A stretch of DNA of 63,955 nucleotides, the filler included, from Octopus bimaculoides (lineage: Eukaryota), in assembly GCF_001194135.2 (NCBI RefSeq). It is 4 parts of 4 records of this genome, joined end to end, with 100 filler letters (N's around TTAATTAATTAA, not from the genome) between each part and the next. Parts side by side here need not be neighbours in the genome. Positions count along the whole stretch, not along the records: positions 1 to 25,918 come from NC_068981.1; 3 more parts are not named here. One strand, given 5' to 3'. The notes beneath the pieces were generated by a model. It did not search any database and was not told the DNA's origin. It saw only the letters and a list, made by a program, of their open reading frames with translations. This document shows positions 12,895 through 24,617 of this stretch, piece after piece. The position numbers were made by a program, and so were the translations under genes. Within the stretch, counting starts at the first letter, position 1. Each line of letters starts with the position of its first letter.

Positions 12895-13603
12895 AGTATA
12901 ATTGCATTTACCTAGTCTTGTGGGATAGACCTCGCCATCTCATACAGATAAAACTAGCCCATGAATGGCCATAGCAACAATATCTCCTCCAAAACGAATC
13001 GGCTCAGTAGGTATTCCATCCAAACCAGGAGCTTTTGTTGTGTCGATCTCTTTTATAGTAGACATTATCTTATCAGCGGTTTGGTCATCCATCATTTATG
13101 TCTCAGTCTCCTTTTGCAGCAGTGCATTAACAATTTATTTCATCACAGCAAAAAATGGTTTATCAAACAAATCTTTAAAGTGTTCAATCCACCGATTCAT
13201 GATTCCTTCAAAATCTTTGATGAGGGCATGTGCATCTTTTAACTTCAATGGTATCACTTTGGATAAAGCTAGGGGCCAAAACACTAGATCCTTTGAAGAG
13301 AAGAACAAGCTGTATGAGAAGTGCCTTGCTGTAGAAGTTCCAGTGCAGGCCACTTTTGAAAAAGCCATATAATGCCTTCAATACTCTGCAGTTGAAAATT
13401 CTCTGCATTTCCGTTGATACTTCCGACCACCAGTTATTCATCGTCTTCCGAGTTTTACATTGCAGTTTTGACTTTGCTTCTTTTATGGCTTTTTCAAAAG
13501 TGACCGGCACTGGATCTTCTACAACAAGGCACTTTTCATACAGCTTGTTCTTCTCTTCAATGGATCTAGTGACTGCAGCATCAATATTATCAAACCAGTT
13601 GAA
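12895..13603 (-). mobile_element. RTE-clade LINE, inverted segment (EN-RT linker and RT N-terminus)
   Basis: Minus-strand translation: NWFDNIDAAV...NNWWSEVSTEMQ...LIKDFEGIMNRWIEHFKDLF...TKAPGLDGIPTEPIRFGG...VLSV*DGEV; these match RTE WFD, RWxEHF, KAPGxDGIP and IWxxExVPxDW motifs. Confidence 0.85.
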
Positions 13604-13618
13604 TTCGGTATGTATATG

Positions 13619-13891
13619 TGTTGTGACGTAATTTGTTATGTGCAATAAATAAGATAAACAGACAACAGTAAAAACAATGTAATGAACGAACAACTCTCTT
13701 TACGAAACGAACCAACAACTAATATTCCTTGTAAACTAACCAACCGACACCTTCCGACTTCACTGCAAATTAACACGAACTTCACTCGACTCCGAACTCT
13801 GAACCCTGAACTCACTCGGATAGTTACTATTTATACTTTACTTGGACCAGTTTATCTCTCGTAAGGGAGCGTCGTAACTCTCATCATAACA
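13619..13891 (-). repeat. 3' LTR of Gypsy element
   Basis: TG...CA termini (tgttgtgacg...tcatcataaca); direct repeat of 16361-16619; purine run aaagggag (minus strand) just inside as candidate PPT. Confidence 0.9.
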
Positions 13892-14479
13892 CAACTCCCT
13901 TTGAGATTTCGACTACTGTGAGAAAGTGGAATTTCTTTTATATTTCTTTTTTTTTTCTTTCCAGCACCTCTTCCTCTTTTTCCTTTTTTTTAGCTGTTGT
14001 ATAATTGTTGCCCGACATTTAAGGTAGCATTGTTCGTTGCACACAACACTTTTTCTTTTCGTTGTACTAAGCACTCTTGTCAGCACTTTTGTTTACTTTA
14101 GTTTTTTTTTTTTTTTTAAATCTAATATCTTTTTCGTTTAGGTATTACTTCCAGATATTCAGTTTGTTTTTGTTGTCTGAAGCTAGTTGTACGAGGTTCA
14201 ATATCTCTCGTTACTGGCACTTCAAACATATCATAGAAAACTTCCATTGGTATTACCCCTCGTACTCCTGTATGTCTCATCTTTAACTAGTTAAAGTGTC
14301 TCTTGTGTTCCGAAAGTTGTTCTTTAGGTAACATCATGTTACCTAATCTTTTGATTACACAATCATCCTCCTAACTTTCTTTACCATTTTTGTAATTTTT
14401 GAAATGAACTTTATCTCCTACTTCGAAATGTTTCGTAATATTTCTTGTATTTTTTCAAATGTGTTCTTTGTCTTTCCTA

Positions 14480-14895
14480 TATATGTATTTTTTCCTGATC
14501 GATTTTATTTTACGCGCGAACAGGAACTCTTCTGGTGACTTTCCTGAATTAGTATTTGGATTTGGTGTTCTTCTATATACTCACAAAAATTTCGTTAGTA
14601 CCTCGTCATTATCTAGCTCGTTCCTAGCTTTTCTTAGAGCTCTTTTGAACGTGTCTACAAATCTTTTCACCTGCCCAGCAGATATCGGGTAGTAGGGCGG
14701 GAATGGATGTGCTTTATGGCATGTATTTTGCAGAAATTTCTTAATTCATATCTTGTGAATTGTGTTCCATTATCTTAAACTAAAGTGTCTGGAATGCCGA
14801 ATCGAGTAAATAACTAGAGTAGGAACTTTATTTGCCTTGGGTTTATTACATCTGCATACTTCTAGCCATTTTGTATAGCTATTCACAACGATTAG
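14480..14895 (-). pseudogene. Gypsy integrase core, degenerate
   Basis: SYTKWLEVC...TRFGIPDTLV*DNGTQFT...RFVDTFKRALRK...YRRTPNPNTNSGKSPEE; typical rve-core motifs with frameshifts. Confidence 0.85.
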
Positions 14896-14959
14896 AAAGA
14901 ATGCACCGTTCACTGGTCCAGCGTAGTCGATATGTATCCTGGACCATGAGCTCTCAGTC

Positions 14960-16290
14960 TTTGTACATAAACCTAATTTGTCGGAGATTCCTTGCAGAAT
15001 TTGTTTTTCTCTTTAACTCTTCAGGCAAGTTATTTTTAGAGGGACAACCATTTATGTTTTTACAATAGAGATTTATGGGGTAGTCCCATAAATCGAATAA
15101 TTCTAACCAATCGGTACTGAGCAGATCGGTTGCATTTTTAACGACAAAGACTTTCGCCTTGCATGTTTTCCCTCGCAATGTGACATTAGTCCACATTTCG
15201 CCTATGAAATGTAATTTGTCGCCCGTCACGCTATGAGCAGATTTCGCTGATTTTCTCAATATAGGTTTCTCTATTGTCTTGCATGTGTCCATATGTATTA
15301 TTGAAATATCACTTCCAGTATCCAATTTAAGTTTAATATGTATTCCGTTTATTTTTTCATGTACAAACTTTCTTATTTGGGAGTCGATTTTCGTTTCTGC
15401 TGACAGCATTCTAGGATTTTTAACATTTGATCTTTGTAATTTTGTTCTGCGGTGTGAACTCTTGTGATCAAGTCTTTTGCAACTGTAACATTTTTGATTT
15501 TTGAATGGACAGTGTTTCGTGAAAGGTATGTCCCAACATCCATAACACGTATTAGAACGTGGCGCTCTTTTTTTTTTGGTTGTACTTTCTCGGTCGACGC
15601 ATCTGTATTTTTGCGGAATCCTTTTCTTGAATTTTTTCTACATCGTGTTTCAGCTTTACCATCCTCTGGCATTCTTCTGCTACGGACTGTAAGGTTAGAT
15701 CTTGATTCGCTTGCTCCAATTTACAAAGAATTCTTGCCCGAATTTCTTTATCTTCATTTGTTGTATGACCTTGTACGAAAATAAGACACTTGAACATCTT
15801 AGGTGTAAGTTCTTTGAGTTTAAAACTTTCACACATCCTGTTGGCTATTCCTGCGTATGTAATAAAATCATCATTCTCTTCTTTCGTTATATTCCAACAA
15901 TCCATTCGAGTGTTAAATAGAGAAGTTTTATCACCGAATATGTAATTCTATTGTTTCCGAACAGTAATTCTATTGTTTCTTTAAAACAATTCTAACGGAG
16001 CTAATTCTCGCAATAACAATCTTACTTTTTGTTCGTCCGACCATGATTTGCAATCTTGCTTTAAAATCTTCTCATACCTTCTGTAGTACGATGCAAAAGT
16101 TATACCCTCCTCTGAATTCCTTAATCGAGTTCGAAACGCCATCTGGCGAAAACGAACTTACCTCATTTTTGGAGTTAATTGAATATAGCTCCAATAATTG
16201 TTGTTGTAGCTGTTGTTCTAATAGTTGCCTCTGCTACTCCTGTTGTTGCTCTTGTTGTTACTTTTGCAACTGTACTATGGAAGCTAATAT
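14960..16290 (-). pseudogene. Gypsy gag (Gln-rich N-terminus, twin zinc knuckles) plus aspartic protease, degenerate
   Basis: EEGITFASYYRRYEKILKQDCKSWSDEQKVRLLLR; CYGCWDIPFTKHCPFKNQKCYSCKRLDHK; protease KLKLDTGSDISII with DTG at ~15314-15322. Confidence 0.9.
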
Positions 16291-16345
16291 TATTTAACAA
16301 GTTGTATCACGAACAAATTGTTAAATAACCTACGTGAGCTTCGAA

Positions 16346-16358
16346 AACCTTGTCGCCA
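16346..16358 (-). promoter_or_regulatory. Primer-binding site of Gypsy element
   Basis: Minus strand reads LTR-CA, tc, then TGGCGACAAGGTT; TGG start is complementary to a tRNA 3'-CCA. Confidence 0.8.
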
Positions 16359-16360
16359 GA

Positions 16361-16619
16361 TGTTGTAACGTACTTTTAAGGTACAATAAATAAGATAACC
16401 AGACAACAATAAATGAACTAACAGCTCTCTTTACGAAACGAACCAACAATTCCTTCTGGACTAACCAACTGACACCTTCCAACTTCACTGCGAACTAACA
16501 CAACTTTACTCGACTCCGAACCCTGAACCTTGAAATCACTCGGATCGTTACTATTTATACTTTATTCGGATCAGTCTGTCTCTCCAAAGGGGGCGGCGTA
16601 ACTAACTCTCATCACAACA
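16361..16619 (-). repeat. 5' LTR of Gypsy element
   Basis: TGTTGT...ACAACA termini; homologous to 13619-13891 with substitutions and indels. Confidence 0.9.
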
Positions 16620-17450
16620 ATATGCGATTTAGAACATTTAATCTGAAGTCTTTAATCCCCAATGTTTTAACACCAAGTCAACAACATTTGACACAGTTGT
16701 CAAAGAGTTCCTTTGTGCTATTAATAAAGATATTGGATACCTCCAATGCATGTACTACATTTGGTTTAAACATTAGCATAAAAACAACAAAGGTCATGTA
16801 CACTCCACCAGCTGTAGAAACGTATGTGGAGCCTAAAATTTTCATAGGAAGAAAAATAATAGAAGGGGACAGCTCTGTATTTCTTGGAAGTACACTAAGT
16901 AAAGTGTTGGTACCCTTGACGCTGAAATAAATCAGAAGACTGCGAAAGCTAGCGCTGCTTTCGGGAAACTTGAGAAACACGAAACTTGCGGTATATGAAG
17001 CCTGTGTTCTTACAGCCCTGTTATACGGATTCAAAATTTGCACAACTTATAGGCAGCAGTTGGAAAGCGCTTATTAAATATAAAGCGAGCGCTTCTTGAT
17101 TATAAAGTGGTTGGCTTACACGTCTGATTTTCGCTGTACTTTAGAAAGATGGTGGCACCGTTATTGAGAAAAGGACAATTTCTAACCAGATGCGTTGGAC
17201 TGGTCATGACGTCAGAATGAAAGACGGTAAGCTACCTAAACAGATATTTTATGGGAAACTGACCAGAGGGAGAAGGCTCCAGCGCAAATCTAGAAAGCGG
17301 TTTAAGGATATCATAAAGAGCAACGTTAAGGCTGTGAAGACTGGATATGTGGGAAACATTGGCTGAAAGTCGTACATCATGGAGAGAGACTATCAAGTAC
17401 AAGCGTGGTATCTTTGAGCAAAAACGAAAGAGGCACGCTGCTTTGAAGTG
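16620..17450 (+). mobile_element. RTE-clade LINE, forward segment (RT C-terminal half and tail domain)
   Basis: (Y)MRFRT-FNL...VVKEFLCA...NACTTFGLNISIKTTKVM...FLGSTLSK...RWTGH...RMKDGKLPKQIFYGKL...RKRFKDIIK; RTE/BovB-like. Confidence 0.9.
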
Positions 17451-18197
17451 CTAATTCTGTAAGCGGATTCGAAGTGTAGTGTTTGCAGAAAACCAGTAGG
17501 AATTGAGTTCCAACTCGTGGGGACAACTTCTTCTCTCAAACGCTATGTTTGTCAGCCGTCTAGTGTCACATGAGCCAGGGAAAAGTCGAGCTGCTATGAG
17601 ATAGCTCTACCGCCACGGACACCGCAGTACATTTGTACTGAAAAGAGAAATAGATGTTACATTTGTGAACTTTCCTGCAGAACGATAACTGAACAGAAAA
17701 GCAAGCTGCATGCACATGTTCGTTTCAGTGTTCAATGAAAAGATGCCAATCTTCTGATAAGTAGTAGCAATCAATATGTAAGTATGTATGTATGTATGTA
17801 TATATGCATGTATGTATGCATGAATATATGCAGCATGCATGTATGCACGCATGCATGTATGTATGAACGCATCTATGTATGTATGTTTGTACGTATCTAT
17901 CTATATATATATATATTTATGTATGTATGTATGTATGTATGCATGAATATATGTATGTATACTCGTAAATAAGTATACATATATATGTATGCATGTGTGT
18001 ATAGATGTATGTATGCATGTATGCATGTGTGTATGTATACATGCAGGCAAGGATGTATGTATGTATGTATGTATGTATGTATGTATGTATGTATGCATGT
18101 ATTGGGCTCTTTTGCTGAACCGCTCAGTTATGGGGCCGCAAACACACTAATAGTGGCCCATGAGAGGTGCTTGGGGCCAGACACAGACACTACATAC

Positions 18198-18228
<31 letters not shown>

Positions 18229-18236
18229 TGTATGTA

Positions 18237-18269
<33 letters not shown>

Positions 18270-18276
18270 ATATGTA

Positions 18277-19151
18277 CAGATTTGATCAATAAGTATCCGG
18301 ACTGTTACCATAACAATGAAGCTAAAACAAGTAGAGTAAAGTCGCTCGGTAAAGATCAACCTTCAACTCTGCTGTGCATGTGCACTGAGTTTTAACGTTC
18401 TAGTTCACTTTCGCTGTTTGCAGCAGTGTTTCGAAGTAGCGCGTGTAACGTGGGATCGTCGCATTGACCACGAGAGAAAGTTATCACGACGATACCTGCT
18501 CAGAGTCCTACGCAAAATTACAGAAAGTGTATCGTGAGGAGTGTATGAGCTGCACACAAGTGTACGGGTGGTTCAGACGTTTCCAAGATGGAGGGGAAAA
18601 TGTCGATAGTGACGAATGTTCTGGGAGACACACAACCAGCAGAACTGAGAAAAACATCGCAGGTGTGCATGCAGCTGTGAGGGGAAATCGTCGAATCACC
18701 ATCCGTGTGTTATCAAAAGATGTGCAAATTAGTTGCAGTTCAGTTCAGTCCAATATCACTGAAGATTTGGGAATGAGATGCATGTCTACCAAGTTTGTGC
18801 TAAAACTGCTTTCATCTGACCAAAAAGACACTCAAGTTTCTTGATTGTGTCGAGAACAAGGAAAACGTTTTGTAACCGTTGCGTCGGCCTCTGAGTAGGT
18901 ATCGCCAAGATTTTGGTAAAATTTGATGCAGATCCTCTGCTCAACTTTCTCTGTTATGGTCAATGCGACGAATACATGCTACACATGTTACTTCAATGCA
19001 CTTTTGTAAACAGCAAAAGTAAGCTAGAACGTTAAAACTTAGTGCACATGTACTGCAGAGTAGAAAGTCAGTCTGTTCCAAACGACTTCACTCTCCGTGC
19101 TTTAGCTTCGTTACTATGGCAACAGTCTGCATACTTATTAACCAGACCACG
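18277..19151. mobile_element. Second mariner family, palindromic derivative made of two 5' ends
   Basis: TA at 18275-18276 and 19152-19153; TIRs cagatttgatcaataagtatccggactgtt and (rc) cgtggtctggttaataagtatgcagactgtt. Plus copy: DTCSESYAKLQKVYREECMSCTQVYGWFRRFQDG...EDLGMRCMSTKFVLKLLS. Minus copy (19151 to ~18879): TEKVEQRICIKFYQNLGDTYSE. Confidence 0.9.
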
Positions 19152-20199
19152 TATGTATATAAGGTCGGAATTCAGAAAGTATTGAAAAGCTTAAAATATC
19201 TGAATCGATATTGCTTTTCTGCTTCAGGAGATCCTTACAATGACAACCCGACAAAGTACTAGGGTCGTTATCTTCGAGAATCCTCGAATATGATACTTCA
19301 GCTGCAGAGTTTGAAAACCAGAAAACGGATGAAAAAAAATACAAGAAGAGCTTAACTGTCAATTAGTTGGAATATGCGTGTAAGGCAGCAAAAGTAGATA
19401 TTCTAAACCAACATTAATCAGCGCCAAAAAGAAAAAAAAAAGATTTTTAAAATGATAGATTTAAAACATCTCCCGACTGCGGGTCGCTATACACGTTCTT
19501 TCAATGACAACTATATTTTTTCCATCAAAACTTTGAAATCTAGCAGTGTCGGATAGTAATGATGATTTATGTTAGTTTAATAAATAATAATAGTTTGCTG
19601 ATGTACTACATGTAAAATGTCTATGAGACGAAGCTAACATCAGACAGCAAGCCAAATTCCTTTGTCAATTCTTTAAGAAATGTCTCAGTCTATACAGTAC
19701 CTTTTGAGATCTAGATAAGATCAGAAGTTCCGAGTTAAGTATTGCCAAGGATGTACCATAAAACCAATGAAAGTATATGATTTGCTGGAACTCAAAATGT
19801 GGACGACGAAGTTTATTATGTATTCAGTTTTTACTACACGTATGACAAATTTCTTAATTGGAAGGTGTATAACTAATTGAGTATCGACCATACTGTATTC
19901 TTCTCGGTATCTCTGAAAAGCATATCTTCAGATAGTCTTGAAAATTTGAAACCAACTTAAGAACAAAGAATTGTCTTACAAGTGACAAGTCCTCTGCAGC
20001 CGCAATAAGGGAAACAAGCAGTCTCGGAGTCTTAGACGAATAGTGATGCGACGGTAAAACATCGTGTCTCACCGTTTTAAGAAACTTGATTAAGTATAAA
20101 TAGATCAACCGGTTTAACACCACCAATTAGCATTCAGGATCCTTTAACCGATCCTGAGGAAGACACTACAAAAAAAACTATTATATGCAAATATATTTC

Positions 20200-22470
20200 G
20201 ACAAAACCACGAGACAGGAGTGAGCGACACAGGCCCCGATCGAAAAATACCTAATACCAGTCTGGGGGTTAAAAACTGGCGTCGCTCGTGGGAGACGCTT
20301 CGGCACAATTGAAGAATTAGTCAGAGAAAGTGCAACAATAACTATCAAAACAGAAGAATTGCAGAGGTACCATCAAAAGTGGACATCTGTTTGCTGGTGG
20401 AAGCCGAATAACATGGAATAGAGAACATAGCAATAATTTTCCAAGTGCACAAAATGGGAAAGGAAAATTAGTCTCGCACAGAAATAGAATTATTGACACA
20501 CCTCGATTAGAGGAATACTGAAGTCCTCCCTGACCGGATCAACCTTCCTAATGGTACACTGCTATTCGTAGAAGTCGAGGGTGGAAAGCCAAGATGCATC
20601 ATTTGTAGTGAGAAAAACCACCTAAAGGATTTCTACCCCATGCAAAGAAAATGAGATCTCTGGATTCTCTAGACGCTTCTAACACAACAACAACAACAGC
20701 ATCAGAAGCAACAGCAGTTCCACCACCAAAAACAATGTAAACAACATAGTTTTAGGAGCAGTAACATTCAAATCAACAACAGCATCAACAGAAAGAACAG
20801 CAGGAGAGATGCATTCAACGACATCAGTAGTAAGCACTAGCACCTCACCCGAGAAAAACAGTAACATCACCTGCACCATCGAAACCGGGAGAAACCTCAC
20901 CAACATCAGTCGACCAGGCCACCACTTTCGAAATGCGCGAATGTGCAGACATACCTATCCTCGTTTGTCACAGATTTCGCCGACTGTGAAAACTCATCCA
21001 GCGAGGAAAACAGTTTGGTGACACAGAAACTAAGAACCCGTCACACATCCACACACCGTACACCAACGCAATTACAAACATCTCTAACAGTACAAACCCT
21101 ACCAACATTACAGACAGCTCAACAAACGAAAACGCATAACATTCCACGCGAACAACCTGGACAGCATTTCCAAGGCATCATCAATTACACGATCAAGGAC
21201 ACAAACAAACAAGAATTCAATGAAGCTTATTAAAAAATACACAGATATTACTCTAAATGAATACATCGCATCTCCGCATAACACTCCCATACACATAAGA
21301 TTATAAAAACTACGCACAATGAACTTACAACAAACTAAAAGCATAATATGCCGAAGGAATAGATTTCCGTGGGACCTAAAAAAAAACTCTACAAAGAAAT
21401 GCTTGTGGTGACACCCATAAATAGTCAGAAGGAAAGAACACCTGTCTCACCACAAGTGAAGATTTTCTTCGTTCCTTTTCTCTCTTACAAATATGGTCTT
21501 GCTAGGAATAGGTAGCATAAATGCACTAGGCTTGGAGTGACTTTGGAAGCAGGGCCATTTATTCAAGTATAAATATCGTGGCTTCAGAATTTCCATGGTA
21601 AAAGGATGTCGATTATTCGGACCTTGGAAGTTTTCCTGGGAAAGTCTCAACCTTTAATATTAATGGGTGACGAGAACGCCATCTTGGACACCCGTTTAGA
21701 TTGTTTGGGAAAAGGTGTTGAAGAAGGGGGCATAAAATCCTCGCAAAACAATTCAGACGTTTTCAACTGTCTGATAAGTATGAATTGGATTTCCTGATTG
21801 TGCCAGTGTGAACATAAACGAACTGTATGGGCCATCTAGGTGGTATCTAGAAAGAGTAGTTTGTAGGCCAGTAAATATGGATAGCATAAGTTGTCCACTT
21901 TTCAAAATAGTCGGCTTTCCAGACCACAAATTTGTGATCTGTACAGTCGACCAAGATATACTTCGTAAGCAGGGACCCGATCACTGGAAGCTGAACGCGT
22001 CACTTCTGCATGCCAAGCTTAGAGTGACTGGATTAGAGAATTAGTTAAGTGGGCGTTGATGGGATCAATCCTCAACAACTAAAAAGGGCTCTGAAAAGGG
22101 CTATTAGAGTAAAATCTATTAAGTTTAATATGGCATTTGCGATAGGAAATAACAGAATAGAGGGAAACTTAGAAACGTAGAATAGGCGCTTAGGAAAGTC
22201 ATCAATAATTGATGTTGACCCGGGACCAATTCTTGAACGATAAACGCGGAAGATGCATTGTCAAAGCTAAGGCACACGCTCTAAGAAACGAGAAAACGAA
22301 AGGCGTTTGAAGGGGGCTGAGTTACAGAGGTGCAACATGGCAACAAAGCCACATTAGGTGCATGTTACTCGAGCCCGAGCGGATGTGTGCGGCACTTCAG
22401 CAGCACTACACTCGACTGTTTGGGACGAATATCAGTCCGGAATGATGGGCTGCATGGGATGCAAACCGCC
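20200..22470 (+). mobile_element. L1-Tx1-type LINE, 5' half (ORF1 zinc knuckle and ORF2 endonuclease), degenerate
   Basis: VEVEGGKPRCIICSEKNHLKDFYP (~20570-20640; decayed CCHC); LILMGDENAILDTRLDC (~21655-21705); YLERVV...FPDHKFV...GPDHWKLNASLL (~21845-22005); EPERMCAALQQHYTRLF (~22370-22420). Confidence 0.8.
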
Positions 22471-23519
22471 TCATTTGTATGGTTTTCTTCATGAGCTTTA
22501 TTTTTAAATGTCAGACTTGTTTCGTGATTTCTTGCTTGATCAAGTATGTCTTTAATCGAAGGTATTCTCAAATCCTGATCATCACCCATATTTTTTATTT
22601 TGCGTCAGGGATTACACTGTTCAATATAACCATATTTTTAAAATCGTATTTTCAGTTAAATGACGCTTAGAGAAGAGTTGGTTGTATGATTTTAATGAAA
22701 TGTGGTTGCTATTTCTAGTAGATCAGAAACGACATTGAGGCAGATTCTCTCGTTGTCTCCACCAATGATTATTATTATTACTAGTAGCCATTAGTTCTAG
22801 CATATATACTTACACACACAAACATACTCACACATATGTATGTATGTATATATGTATGTATATAATTAAAAGTTTGTTTGTTCAGTTTTAGTTTGCAGTT
22901 GCCAAGATGCAGATACCACATCACTGCATTTATTTTAAATAGGTCACCGAATTTCCCGCTTGTGATTCTGATGCTGAGGGTTTTTCATCAACAACTGCTA
23001 TAATGGCTTCACTCTGATGGGAAATATAAAGAAAATAATAAATATTGGTTTGTTTTTCTTTTTCAGAGTCTGATGTTCAGAAGAGTTAAAGAGAAAAGTA
23101 AAAAACGAAAAAGAAAAAGAAAAGAAAAAGAGAAAAAAAAAAAGCAATATGAAAGTCAGCAAGACAAAGATTTAGTGAAACTAGTAAACTGGTGGTTGAG
23201 AATTGTAGAATATGTCTTAGATTTAATGTATCAAATTTGGCATTTTTTAAACAAATATTTTAAAGAAAATATTTCGAATAGTTTGTCGGTTTAGAGAAAA
23301 ATAAAAACATTACTCAGGAAAATAAGCATCAGAATAAACGAAGGAATGCGCAAGGACACGTACAAACAATCCTACATATATGCATATATATGTATATATG
23401 TATATTTTCATATATATATATATATATATATTACGTGAGTATATATATGAAGATTGCATAGTTTAATGCATGAAAGTACTAGTTCAATCAGAATGAACAT
23501 TTAATATTCTATCGTTTCA

Positions 23520-23700
23520 AGGCAGCGAGCTGGCAGAAACGTTAGCAGTATTTCGTCTGTCTTTACGTTTTGAGTTCAAATACCACCGAGGTCGACTTTG
23601 CATTTCATCTTTTCGATAAATCAAGTACCAGTTGCATACTGGGATCGATCTAATCGACTGGTCCCCTCCCCAAAATTTTCGGGCCTTGTGCTAGAAAATA
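23520..23700 (+). mobile_element. SINE family B, tail B1
   Basis: ggcagcgagctggcagaaacgttagc...gaggtcgactttgcatttcatc...gtaccagttg...cccctccccaaaattttcgggccttgtgc. Confidence 0.9.
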
Positions 23701-23716
23701 ATGTTCTACCATTTCC

Positions 23717-23936
23717 AGGCGCGAGCTGGCAGAAAAGTTAGCAAGCCGGAAGAAATGCTTAGTGGTATTTCGTCTGTCTTTACGTTCTGAGTTCAAACTC
23801 CGCCGAGGTCGACTTTGCCTTTCATCATTTCGGGGTCGATTAAATAAGTACCAGTTACGCACTTGAGTCGATATCATCGTCTCAATCCCTTTGTTTGTCC
23901 CTTCTATGTTTATCCCCATGTGGGCAATAAAGAAAT
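23717..23936 (+). mobile_element. SINE family B, tail B2
   Basis: Same head and core as 23520-23700 but ends ccctttgtttgtcccttctatgtttatccccatgtgggcaataaagaaat. Confidence 0.9.
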
Positions 23937-24159
23937 ATATGTATGTATATATAAACTTTTATTTGTTTCTGTGGCCTTTGCTATGGCATCTCCTTGAAGG
24001 GTTTTATCGAACAAATCAACCTCTGCTAACCTTTTCAAAGTGTGGGACTTATTCTATCGATCCCTTTTGTCGAAGTATGTTGTCAAGCAGTGGAGGGACA
24101 ACCACACACATACACACACACAAACAAACACAGAGACACATACGACAGGCTTCCACGCT

Positions 24160-24295
24160 TCCACACAGTTTTTGTCTCATTCACTCACAAGGCATTGCTC
24201 GGCCTTTGGCAATAGTAAAAGACACTTGCCCGCGGCACCATGCAAGAGGACGGAACGGGAGATCTCGTGGTTGCAAAACGTGTTTCTCAACTACA
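24160..24295 (-). mobile_element. SINE family C head
   Basis: Reverse complement resembles 57985-58145 (gcaagtgtcttttactattgcc...gccgagcaatgccttgtgagtgaat). Confidence 0.65.
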
Positions 24296-24353
24296 CAACA
24301 ATACCTACCTACCTACCCACCTACCTACCTACCTACCTACCTACCAATCTACC

Positions 24354-24387
<34 letters not shown>

Positions 24388-24442
24388 CATACACATACAT
24401 ACTTACATACTTATTTATATATTTACATATACATAAATACAT

Positions 24443-24479
<37 letters not shown>

Positions 24480-24583
24480 NNNNNNNNNNNNNNNNNNNNN
24501 NNNNNNNNNNNNNNNNNNNNNNNNNNNNNNNNNTATATATATATACATACATATATACATACATACATACATGCATACATACA

Positions 24584-24617
<34 letters not shown>

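Larger units (their letters stand above)
13619..16619 (-). mobile_element. Gypsy LTR retrotransposon, non-autonomous (gag-PR-IN, RT/RNase H deleted)
   Basis: Two LTRs (13619-13891, 16361-16619), 5-bp TSD ATATG at 13614-13618 and 16620-16624, PBS, weak PPT, and degenerate gag, protease and integrase in Gypsy order. Confidence 0.95.

Noticed and set aside
19160-20180. Possible Penelope (GIY-YIG) C-terminal remnants and cctgaggaagac motif; similar hints at 6530-6865
   Set aside because: Only faint KPxLN-like endings are visible and no GAAA partner exists on the same strand; too degenerate to call.
23073-23294. Lys-rich ORF resembling a nuclear localisation signal
   Set aside because: It arises from an A-rich low-complexity tract; no other support.
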